Assembly (NCBI GenBank): GCA_900548545.1
Contig: URKX01000001.1
Span: 9,985-73,984, forward strand
From: an uncultured Oscillospiraceae bacterium
GTDB lineage: Bacteria; Bacillota; Clostridia; Oscillospirales; Acutalibacteraceae
Length of the DNA stretch: 64,000 bases
Reading direction: 5' to 3'
Shown here piece after piece: positions 28,720 to 36,718 of this stretch. The translations under genes and the position numbers were made by a program. The notes beneath the pieces were generated by a model. That model did no database searches, was not told the DNA's origin, and saw only the letters and a list, made by a program, of their open reading frames with translations. The stretch's first letter is position 1, and the number at the start of each line of letters is the position of its first letter.

Positions 28720-30789
28720 TTATTCGGCGTTTTCCGCCTTGGATTCCTCGATCACCTTCTGCGCCACGTTCTGAGGGGCTTCCTCATAGCGCTCGAACTC
28801 AAAGGTGAAGCTGCCGCGGCCCTGGGTGACCTGGCGGATGAAGGTGGTGAAGTCGTGCATCTCGGCCATGGGGACTTCTGCCTCCACGGTCTGGCGGCCC
28901 TCGCCTGCGGGCTCCATGCCCAGCACGCGGCCGCGGCGCTTGTTCACCTCGCCCATCACGTCGCCCATGTTGCCGTCGGGCACCGTGGCCTTCAGGTGGC
29001 CAATGGGCTCCAAAAGCACGGGGTTCGCCTGGGGCATACCGGCCTTGTAGGCCAGGGTGGCTGCCATCTTAAAGGACATTTCCGAGGAGTCCACCGGGTG
29101 GTAGCTGCCGTCGTACAGCACAGCGGACAGGCCCACTACAGGATACCCGGCCAGGGGCCCCTTCAGGATGCACTCCCGCAGGCCCTTTTCCACCGCGGGG
29201 AAGAAGCCCTTGGGCACGGAGCCGCCCACCACGCGCTCGCCAAACTCCAGGCCGTCGCTGTCGCAGGGGGAGAACTCGATCCACACGTCGCCGAACTGGC
29301 CGTGGCCGCCGGTCTGCTTCTTGTGACGGCCCTGGACCTGCACGGTTTTGCGGATGGTTTCACGGTAGGGCACCTTGGGCTTTTTCAAGGTGATATCCAC
29401 GCCAAACTTGCTCTTCAGCTTGGAAACAGCCACATCCAGGTGCTGCTCGCCCAAGCCGCTGATGATCATTTCGTGGGTTTCGTTGTTGGTGGAGAACCGC
29501 AGGGTGGGGTCCTCTTCGGAGAGCCGCATCATGCCCTGGGCGATCTTGTCTTCCTCGCCCTTCTTGGCGGGGACAATGGCCATGCTCAAAGTGGGGTTGG
29601 GATACTCCACGCCTTCCAGGGTGACTTTCCGGGTGGGGGAGCACAGGGTGTCGCCGGTGTTGGTGGCGGACAGCTTGGGAATGGCGCCAATGTCGCCGGC
29701 CCCGATGTATTTCACATCCACCTGCTTCTTGCCCACCATCATCACGGTCTTGCCGATGCGCTCGGTGGCGCCGGTGCGCATATTCACCAGCTGGGAGTCG
29801 GTGGACAGCTTGCCGGAAACCACTTTCACATAGGACAGCTTGCCGATGAAGGGGTCTGCCACAGTCTTGAAGACGATGGCCGCTGCTGCGCCGTCCTCGT
29901 TGACAGCCAGCTCTGCCGGGTTGCCGTCCACGTCCAGGCCCACTTCGGCGGCCTTCTCCTCTGCGGAGGGGGCCAGCCAGCAGAGGCCGTCCAGGAACTG
30001 CTCCATGCCCCGCATCAGCAGCGCATCGCCGCAGAACACCGGGGTGATGGTGCCGGCCTTCACGCCTTTGCTCACGCCCACGATGACTTCCTCAGGGGTG
30101 AAGGGCTCGCCGGCAAAATATTTCTCAAAGAGCTCGTCGTCGGTTTCGGCAACGGCTTCGTAAATAGCGGTGCGCAGGCCTTCCAGACGGTCGCCCATGT
30201 CCGGCATGGGGACAGCCACCGGTTTGCCGCCGGAGTAATCGTAGGCCTTGTACTCCAACAGGTTGATGTAGATGTTTGCCTGGCCGTCCTGGATGAAGGG
30301 CACCACCACAGGGCACACCGAGGGGCCAAAACTGGCTTTCAGGTCTTCAAACACCCGATAGAACCGGGCGCTCTCGTCGCACAGGCCGTTGACAAAGAAG
30401 ATCTTGGCAAGGCCCTGGCGCTCGGCGGCCGCAAAAGCCTTTTCCGTGCCCACGGCTACGCCGTCCCGGCCGGAAACCACCACCAGAACCGTGTCCGCGG
30501 CCCGCATGGCTTCGCAGGTGCCGCCCTCAAAGTCGAACAGTCCGGGGGCGTCCAGCAGGTTGATCTTTTTATTTTTCCATTCCAGAGGGGCCACCGCCGC
30601 GGAAATGGAAGCCTTCCGGCGGATCTCCTCGGGATCGTAGTCGCACACAGTGTTGCCGTCGCCCACTTTGCCCCGGCGGTCAGAAACCCCAGAGAGGTAC
30701 AGCATGGCCTCCGCCAAGGAGGTCTTGCCCGCGCCGCCATGGCCGGTCACCGCCAGGTTGATGATATTTTTAGCCTGATATTGGTTCAT
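28720..30789 (-). CDS. elongation factor G-like GTPase paralog with degenerate G motifs
   Basis: full five-domain EF-G architecture (G, II, III, IV, V) that aligns to fusA throughout; P-loop GHGGAGKTS retained but DTPGH->DAPGL and NKxD->NGLCD; GGAAGGAG RBS before ATG 30789. Confidence 0.85.
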   Translation of the reverse strand: MNQYQAKNIINLAVTGHGGAGKTSLAEAMLYLSGVSDRRGKVGDGNTVCDYDPEEIRRKASISAAVAPLEWKNKKINLLDAPGLFDFEGGTCEAMRAADTVLVVVSGRDGVAVGTEKAFAAAERQGLAKIFFVNGLCDESARFYRVFEDLKASFGPSVCPVVVPFIQDGQANIYINLLEYKAYDYSGGKPVAVPMPDMGDRLEGLRTAIYEAVAETDDELFEKYFAGEPFTPEEVIVGVSKGVKAGTITPVFCGDALLMRGMEQFLDGLCWLAPSAEEKAAEVGLDVDGNPAELAVNEDGAAAAIVFKTVADPFIGKLSYVKVVSGKLSTDSQLVNMRTGATERIGKTVMMVGKKQVDVKYIGAGDIGAIPKLSATNTGDTLCSPTRKVTLEGVEYPNPTLSMAIVPAKKGEEDKIAQGMMRLSEEDPTLRFSTNNETHEMIISGLGEQHLDVAVSKLKSKFGVDITLKKPKVPYRETIRKTVQVQGRHKKQTGGHGQFGDVWIEFSPCDSDGLEFGERVVGGSVPKGFFPAVEKGLRECILKGPLAGYPVVGLSAVLYDGSYHPVDSSEMSFKMAATLAYKAGMPQANPVLLEPIGHLKATVPDGNMGDVMGEVNKRRGRVLGMEPAGEGRQTVEAEVPMAEMHDFTTFIRQVTQGRGSFTFEFERYEEAPQNVAQKVIEESKAENAE

Positions 30790-31098
30790 AACAAACGAAG
30801 CTCCTTCCACTGCAAAAATAGCGGCCTTTACCGCGTTGCCTAGCAATTCCCTGTTTTGTACAAGTTTTGTGTCACAAGGCATAGCTAATTATATATCAAT
30901 CTCCGAAAGAATACAATGGGAAATCAAAAATACTATGAATTAACCGTTATATGGGAAGCTTTTTTGTTAGAAGTGCCTAAAAGATACCGGGCTGTTCCCA
31001 GGTGGAAAAGGCTGTACCAAGTGGAAAAAAGGGGAAAAGAAACGGGCGCGGGGGATTCCCGCGCCCGGAAGATGGTTCAATGATATGAGAAAAGGTAT

Positions 31099-34000
31099 TT
31101 ACCTGCGCAGCTTGGGCAGCAGGAGGGTCACTGCCAGCCAGAACAGCTGGAACAGGAACAGCACCAGGGAAGAGAGCTGCCCCATGGCGCCGAAGCAGGC
31201 CAGGAAAGCCACCAGTACAAAGCAAAGCACCATGGCTGCGTTCTGGATGGCCACCACCAAGCCGATGGTGCGCTTTTCCTCCACACAGGCGGAGATGACG
31301 CTCATCATGGATTCCATGCGGCCCTTGGTGGCCACCAGGGCGTCGGCCCGGGGGATCTGGGATTTGACCAGCTTGCGGTACTCGTCGCCCAAGCGGCTGT
31401 CCAGCACGCCCACAGAGGCGGCGTCGATGCCAAACAGCCGGTTGACCAGCTGGGGCGTCACGTTGGGGTCGGTGGTGCGCACGATGATGCTGATGCCGCT
31501 GTCCTCCAGCCGCTGCAGCTCGTTTTTCCGGCGGCGGTCGGCGGTGTAGGTCAGAACCAGCAGGGCAGCCACTTCGCTGTCCACCCCAATGTACACCACT
31601 TGCTGGTTGCCGGAGGCGTACTGGGCTTCCTCTTCCCGGGGCGGCACTTGCAGCCTGTGATTGATCAGCAGCGAGCGGTCGCCGATGAGGATGGTTTTGC
31701 CGTCCACCTTGCCCACAATGCCGCCTCCGTCCTCATAGGAGAAGTCTTGCACCTGGGGCAGGGCGTCCTCGTTTTCGCTGATGACCTGGTCGAACACGCC
31801 GGACAGGGGGCCGCCCACCTCGTTCATTAGGGCGGAGGCGGCCATCACGGCGTCCTCGGCAGCGGCACGGCCGCCGAAGGTGCGGATGCCGTTGAGCACC
31901 ACGGTGCCCCGGGGGAACAGGTCCTCAGCGTCCACCATGACGGCGTTGACGTTGCCCAGCTGCTCCACGCCCTCATAGCCCACCACCATGGCGCCGGCGC
32001 GGCGGGCCGTGCGGCACAGGCGGCTGATGGGCAGGTTCACCGACAGCATATTGGATACCGCCACGCTGGCACAGCAAGCGGCTGCCAAGGCGCTGACAGC
32101 AGTGGGTACGCTCTTGGTGATCAGCAGGGAGGCGATGCACAGCACCAGGCTGGCGATCAGGCCGATGGGGGCCATCAGCTGGGAGGCAGACTCCGAGGGG
32201 TCGGGCTTGTAAGAGAGTTCCAAGAACCGCTTTAAGAACCCGGCGCGGCACTGGTAGGCGATCACGGGGGATTCGGAGACGCAGTCCTTGGCCATCTTCA
32301 AAGCGGTGTTGTGGTCCTCAAAGAGGCGCACGCTGTACTTTTCCTCCCGGGAGGTGACAAACCGGAAATTGGAGTGGATACGGCGGATCATGGTCAGCTT
32401 GCCTGCGGCGTTCAGGAACAGCGTGGCAGCCAGGATCACCGCGTACAGGTGAAGTTCCCCGTTGATCAGGTCGTCCTGGAAGAAGGCGGCAGCCACTGCC
32501 TGGACAGCCACCGCCACAGCCGCCACAGCCGCGGCGGAGTCGGAGCTGGCGTTAAAGGAGAGCAGGGCTTTCAAGCCGTTGATGATGGTGCGGTAACAGA
32601 TCCCCACTGCCACAGCCAGGAACACCAGGGTCAGCACCACGTACACTACCGGCAGGGAGCCGGGGTCGGCCACGCTGCCAAACTGGGCTCCAAAAATCAC
32701 GTTTACCAGGGCCAGCAGCACCGTGCACACGCCGGTGATCATCATCCGCAGGGTCAGCTCCCGCATTTCGCCCCGCAGCTCGTGGGAAATGGACTTGGCG
32801 TCCTCGGGGCCGGTGTAGTCGTCGATGGACTCCCCGGTGTCCGCATCGGGGATGGGGGGCTCCTCCGGGGCGGGATTTTCCAGTTTCTTGTTGCGCACCC
32901 GGCGTTTGGGGGCGTTTTTCCGCTCTTGGCGTTCAGCCGCCTGCCGCAGCTCCTCCGATTCAGAGAGCAGGGCGCTTTGCAGCACTTCCGCGTGGATGAT
33001 GTGGGTGGGCACGCTCCGGGGCCGGTACTGGTAAATGCTGGCCACCTGGGGAGGCTCTGCGACCGGCCGGTTGAGCACCACGGTCTTTTCCTCCGCAGGG
33101 GCCTGTGTGGGAGCCGGTGCGGCGGGCGCCTGGGGGATAGGCATGGCCTGGGTGGGGGCTTCTGCCGCAAGGGCGGCCGGGACAGGTGCTTCCGGAACGG
33201 GCGCCTGCTGGGCCATGGGCCCCTCTGCCGGGGCGGTCTCTTCCACAGGGGCTTGGGGGATGGTTTCTTCCGGTGTGCCGGGCGCCCGGGAGGCCAGGTC
33301 CTCAAAGGAAAGCTGCTGCTCCGCCGGCTGGGCATCCGGCGCCGGGGCGGCTTCCCGGGGCTGCCCTTTGGGCTGGTACAGCCGGATGGGCTCCTCCACA
33401 GCGGGCTCTTCCTGGGGCGGGAGTTCCTCCACAGGCTGGGGTGCCTCCGCTGGGGCGGGCGGTTCCACAGGGGCGGGGACCTCCGCCGGGGCCTCTTGGG
33501 GCGGAAGCTGTTCCACGGGTTCCAGGGGGGTGTCGGACCCCAACACCCGACGGATAGCCTCCTCGGAAACGGGGGGCTGCTGGCCCACCCGCTGGAGCTC
33601 CACTGTATCGTTGAGCACGTTCAGCTTGATCTCCATGGTCTGGTGGTCGGAGGATTCCAGCATGGCTTTTTGCAGGCCGGACACCTGCTTGTTGCCCTCC
33701 ACGCCAATGCCGTGCTGGCGGGCGTAGGGGTCGGCTGCAAAGGAGGTCACCGGCATGGGGGCCACCACGCCGAACTCGTCGGCGATCTGTTCCTCGTCCA
33801 CCCCGGCGGTCTGGACCGCTTCCGCCACCCGGCGTCGGCGTTCCTTCTGCAGCCGCTGGAAGTTCTGTTCCACCTCGTCGTCAATGGCCTTTTTGGAGTC
33901 ATCAAACAGGGCTTTATAGGTTTCTTCCTCGCTGGTCAGCTCCCCTGCCGGGTCGTAGCCCTTGCGGTACTCGTCGATGGGCTTCAGCTGGATGCCGTAA

Positions 34001-34431
34001 TACAGGTCGTCCTCGTTTTCGTCAAAGTCAGGCACCCGCTTTTTCCGGCCAAACAGCCCCCGGCGCTTCTTTTTCTTGTCCTTTTTACCGGAAGCCTCTT
34101 TCTCCACTTCCCGGCGGTCCTCCTCCCGCAGGGGGAGTTCCACCGTGCCCGTGGCATAGGCGTTCAGGTCGGCCTGGGCCTCTTGCCTGGGCTTTGCCGG
34201 CTGCTGCCCTTGAGGCTGGGCAGCCTGGGGCTGCTGCTTGGGAGGCTGCGCCTGTTGGGGTTGGGCGGGCTGGCCTGCCGGGCGCTGGGGGGGCCTTGCC
34301 CCGGGCTGGCGGGGCTGCCTTTCCTGCGCAAGGTCTTTCCGGGCGGCCTGCTGGGCGGCTTCCACCTCCCGTTTGGCCCGCTCTTCCGCCAGGATATCCT
34401 CCAGGGTAAATTCCTTGTTGTCCTGTGACAT
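31099..34431 (-). CDS. P1B-type P-type-ATPase homolog with degenerate catalytic motifs (probable pseudo-ATPase) and an approximately 560-aa disordered N-terminal extension
   Basis: the C-terminal 550 aa align to CopA/ZntA-like ATPases (TM helices, CPC position = CCA, DKTGT position = DAEDL, TGDN = TTDPN, GDGxND = AIQNAA); AAAGGAGGA RBS before ATG 34431; 18 nt downstream of rlmB. Confidence 0.8.
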   Translation of the reverse strand: MSQDNKEFTLEDILAEERAKREVEAAQQAARKDLAQERQPRQPGARPPQRPAGQPAQPQQAQPPKQQPQAAQPQGQQPAKPRQEAQADLNAYATGTVELPLREEDRREVEKEASGKKDKKKKRRGLFGRKKRVPDFDENEDDLYYGIQLKPIDEYRKGYDPAGELTSEEETYKALFDDSKKAIDDEVEQNFQRLQKERRRRVAEAVQTAGVDEEQIADEFGVVAPMPVTSFAADPYARQHGIGVEGNKQVSGLQKAMLESSDHQTMEIKLNVLNDTVELQRVGQQPPVSEEAIRRVLGSDTPLEPVEQLPPQEAPAEVPAPVEPPAPAEAPQPVEELPPQEEPAVEEPIRLYQPKGQPREAAPAPDAQPAEQQLSFEDLASRAPGTPEETIPQAPVEETAPAEGPMAQQAPVPEAPVPAALAAEAPTQAMPIPQAPAAPAPTQAPAEEKTVVLNRPVAEPPQVASIYQYRPRSVPTHIIHAEVLQSALLSESEELRQAAERQERKNAPKRRVRNKKLENPAPEEPPIPDADTGESIDDYTGPEDAKSISHELRGEMRELTLRMMITGVCTVLLALVNVIFGAQFGSVADPGSLPVVYVVLTLVFLAVAVGICYRTIINGLKALLSFNASSDSAAAVAAVAVAVQAVAAAFFQDDLINGELHLYAVILAATLFLNAAGKLTMIRRIHSNFRFVTSREEKYSVRLFEDHNTALKMAKDCVSESPVIAYQCRAGFLKRFLELSYKPDPSESASQLMAPIGLIASLVLCIASLLITKSVPTAVSALAAACCASVAVSNMLSVNLPISRLCRTARRAGAMVVGYEGVEQLGNVNAVMVDAEDLFPRGTVVLNGIRTFGGRAAAEDAVMAASALMNEVGGPLSGVFDQVISENEDALPQVQDFSYEDGGGIVGKVDGKTILIGDRSLLINHRLQVPPREEEAQYASGNQQVVYIGVDSEVAALLVLTYTADRRRKNELQRLEDSGISIIVRTTDPNVTPQLVNRLFGIDAASVGVLDSRLGDEYRKLVKSQIPRADALVATKGRMESMMSVISACVEEKRTIGLVVAIQNAAMVLCFVLVAFLACFGAMGQLSSLVLFLFQLFWLAVTLLLPKLRR

Positions 34432-34449
34432 AGGCTGAAAATCCTCCTT

Positions 34450-35238
34450 TTACGGATTGACCGCTTTCAAGCCGCTGCGCTGGCGGGAAACCTCATAGCA
34501 GAGGATGCCAGCCGCCACCGATGCGTTCAGCGAGTTTATGTTTCCTTTTAATGGCAGGGATACCACAAAGTCGGCCTTTTCCTTGACCAACCGGCCCACG
34601 CCCTTGCCTTCGGAGCCGATGACCAGGGCCACCGGGCCGGTGAAGTCCGTCTGGCACCAGGGGGCGCCGTCCATGTCGGCGGCGTAGACCCACAGGCCCC
34701 GCTGTTTTAGTTCCTCCAGCAGGGAGGCCAGGTTGTTTACACGGGCCACCGGCAGGTGTTCCACCGCTCCGGCGGAGGCTTTCCCCACCGCGTAGGTCAA
34801 GCCTACGCTGCGCCGTTTGGGGACGATCACCCCGTGGGCCCCGGCACATTCCGCCGTGCGGATCACCGCGCCCAGGTTGTGGGGGTCCTCCAGTTCGTCG
34901 CAGATGACAAAGAAGGGGGGCTCGCCCCGCTCCTGTGCCCGCTGGAACAGGTCTTCCACTGTGGCGTATTCCTTCACTGCGGCCACTGCCACCACCCCTT
35001 GGTGGTTGGCCCCGCCGCACAGGTGTTCCAATTTTTTGGGGTCCGCCTCTTTGATGGCGGCCCCGGCCTCTTTGGCTTTGGCGATCAGCGCCTGCAGCCC
35101 GCCGGGGCGTTCGCCCCGCTGGACGTAAAGGCTGTCAATGGCCCGTCCGGCTTTGAGCGCCTCGGTTACCGCGTTGCGTCCGGCGATGATGTCTGTGCCC
35201 CGGGGGGCTTCCCGGCGATTGTTTGGGTGTTTTTCCAT
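34450..35238 (-). CDS. rlmB: 23S rRNA (guanosine-2'-O)-methyltransferase RlmB (SpoU/TrmH family)
   Basis: SpoU methylase motifs (FFVICDELEDPHNLGAVIRTAECAGAHGVIV ... LVIGSEGKGV ... LNASVAAGI); AAAGAGGA RBS. Confidence 0.85.
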   Translation of the reverse strand: MEKHPNNRREAPRGTDIIAGRNAVTEALKAGRAIDSLYVQRGERPGGLQALIAKAKEAGAAIKEADPKKLEHLCGGANHQGVVAVAAVKEYATVEDLFQRAQERGEPPFFVICDELEDPHNLGAVIRTAECAGAHGVIVPKRRSVGLTYAVGKASAGAVEHLPVARVNNLASLLEELKQRGLWVYAADMDGAPWCQTDFTGPVALVIGSEGKGVGRLVKEKADFVVSLPLKGNINSLNASVAAGILCYEVSRQRSGLKAVNP

Positions 35239-35470
35239 GGTGAGTCCTCTTTCTGCGGCCCGGCCCACTGGCGGGGCCCCGGGTATTCTCCCGGCGATAG
35301 ACATACTTTGCTGACATTATAGCACAGTTCCTTGGAAATCTCAAATAAAAATGCGGGGAAAATGGGGCTTTTCCCAGGAGGGGCCGGCCCAGGAGGGGAG
35401 TCCTCTTTTTTCGGGAGGTTTTTCCAAACAATGCAAAAAAATTCTTTTTTGTATGCTTCCGCAAAGGCGT

Positions 35471-35889
35471 TTTTCCACAGGGCCGCCCGGTGTAACCTGT
35501 GTTTCCCACCGGGAATGTGGAAAACTCTGTGGAAACTGTGAAAAACTCTTGTCCCTATGCGGGTTTCAACTTTCCCCCGTTTCCACCAAGGAACTTTTTT
35601 ATGTAAACAAAAGGCTTTATTTTTCTTTTTTGAAACAAAAAACGTCATTTTTCAAGATTGGAAAATGCCCCAATATACAGAAAAAACGGGGAAGTTGTCT
35701 GCTCTATCTTGTGTCAAGTGGAAACGGGAAAAATCTTTTCCCACAAACTGTCCACAGGGATTTAACATACATTTCACCAAGGGAGGTTAGCTGGGCCTTT
35801 TCGGGCTTTCCACAAGAAAAGGCTATGCTTTTCCCCGGTTTTGTGGTATACTAGCGGCAAAACAAGGGGGATTCCGGCTTGTTTCCACA
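35471..35889. promoter_or_regulatory. cluster of DnaA-box-like 9-mers (TTTTCCACA/TGTGGAAAA family) in both orientations; oriC-like or DnaA-box-cluster element
   Basis: strong boxes at 35471-79, 35516-24, 35528-36, 35579-87, 35717-25, 35748-56, 35807-15, 35881-89, plus weaker variants; AT-rich block between them. Confidence 0.6.
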
Positions 35890-35982
35890 AAAAGCCCCTC
35901 CCATTGCAGGGGGTTTTTCAAAAAAACCCGGATGAATATTTATACGCGAAATTTGTCGAATAACCATTTTGGAGGTTTTAAT

Positions 35983-36696
35983 ATGCGGGAAGATATCTGT
36001 TCCATCCCTGTAAACGATGTATTTATGCCCAAAGACGGCTGCCCTTTCTGCCGGATGCGGGATATGCTGGAGGACCGGATGGCTACCTACATCACCGGCG
36101 CGGCCATGATGGAGCCTGACGTGCGGGTGGAGACCAACCGGCTGGGCTTTTGCACCGAGCACTTCAACCAGATCCTGGCCCGGGGCAGCCGGCTTTCGGT
36201 GGCGCTGATCTTAGAAAGCCTGCTGGCCACGGTGAAGGACGAAGTGTTCCCCCAGGGGAAGGCAGCACCCAAGAAGGTTGCGGCGGCGGTGAAGTCCCGG
36301 CAGCAGCACTGTTTTATCTGTGAGAACATTGAAAAAAACACCTCCCACCTGCTGGACAGCACCTTGAAGCTGTGGCAGGCAGACCCGGATTTCCGGGAGC
36401 TGTACAGCCAGCAGCCCTATATCTGCCTGCCCCACTACGGCCAGGTGATGGAAGCGGCCATGAAGATGCCCAAGAAGAATTTCCAGGTGTTCCAGCAGGA
36501 AACGGACCGGCTGGCCAAAAAGTACCTGGAAGAGTTAAACGGCGACGTGACCCACTTCTGCCGGATGTTCGACTACCGCAATGCCGGCGGGGACTGGGGC
36601 AACTCCAAAGATGCCATTGAGCGGGCCATCCAGTATCTCACCGCCCGGGTGCCGGAGGACCGCCAGAAGGCCGATGAAAAGAACCGTGCCTTTTAA
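35983..36696 (+). CDS. hypothetical Cys-rich protein (four CxxC/CxxH-type pairs), probable metal-binding protein of unknown function
   Basis: CPFC, CTEHF, CFIC, CLPHY motifs; GGAGG RBS before ATG 35983. Confidence 0.6.
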   Translation: MREDICSIPVNDVFMPKDGCPFCRMRDMLEDRMATYITGAAMMEPDVRVETNRLGFCTEHFNQILARGSRLSVALILESLLATVKDEVFPQGKAAPKKVAAAVKSRQQHCFICENIEKNTSHLLDSTLKLWQADPDFRELYSQQPYICLPHYGQVMEAAMKMPKKNFQVFQQETDRLAKKYLEELNGDVTHFCRMFDYRNAGGDWGNSKDAIERAIQYLTARVPEDRQKADEKNRAF

Positions 36697-36718
36697 CAGC
36701 CCCTTGGAAGGAGGGACC

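Noticed and set aside
35305-35980. Considered Rex, Spo0A (0A box TGTCGAA), CodY or CcpA cre sites as explanation for the repeated TTTCCACA motif
   Set aside because: The motif does not form the required palindromes or match those consensus sequences; it matches the DnaA box far better.
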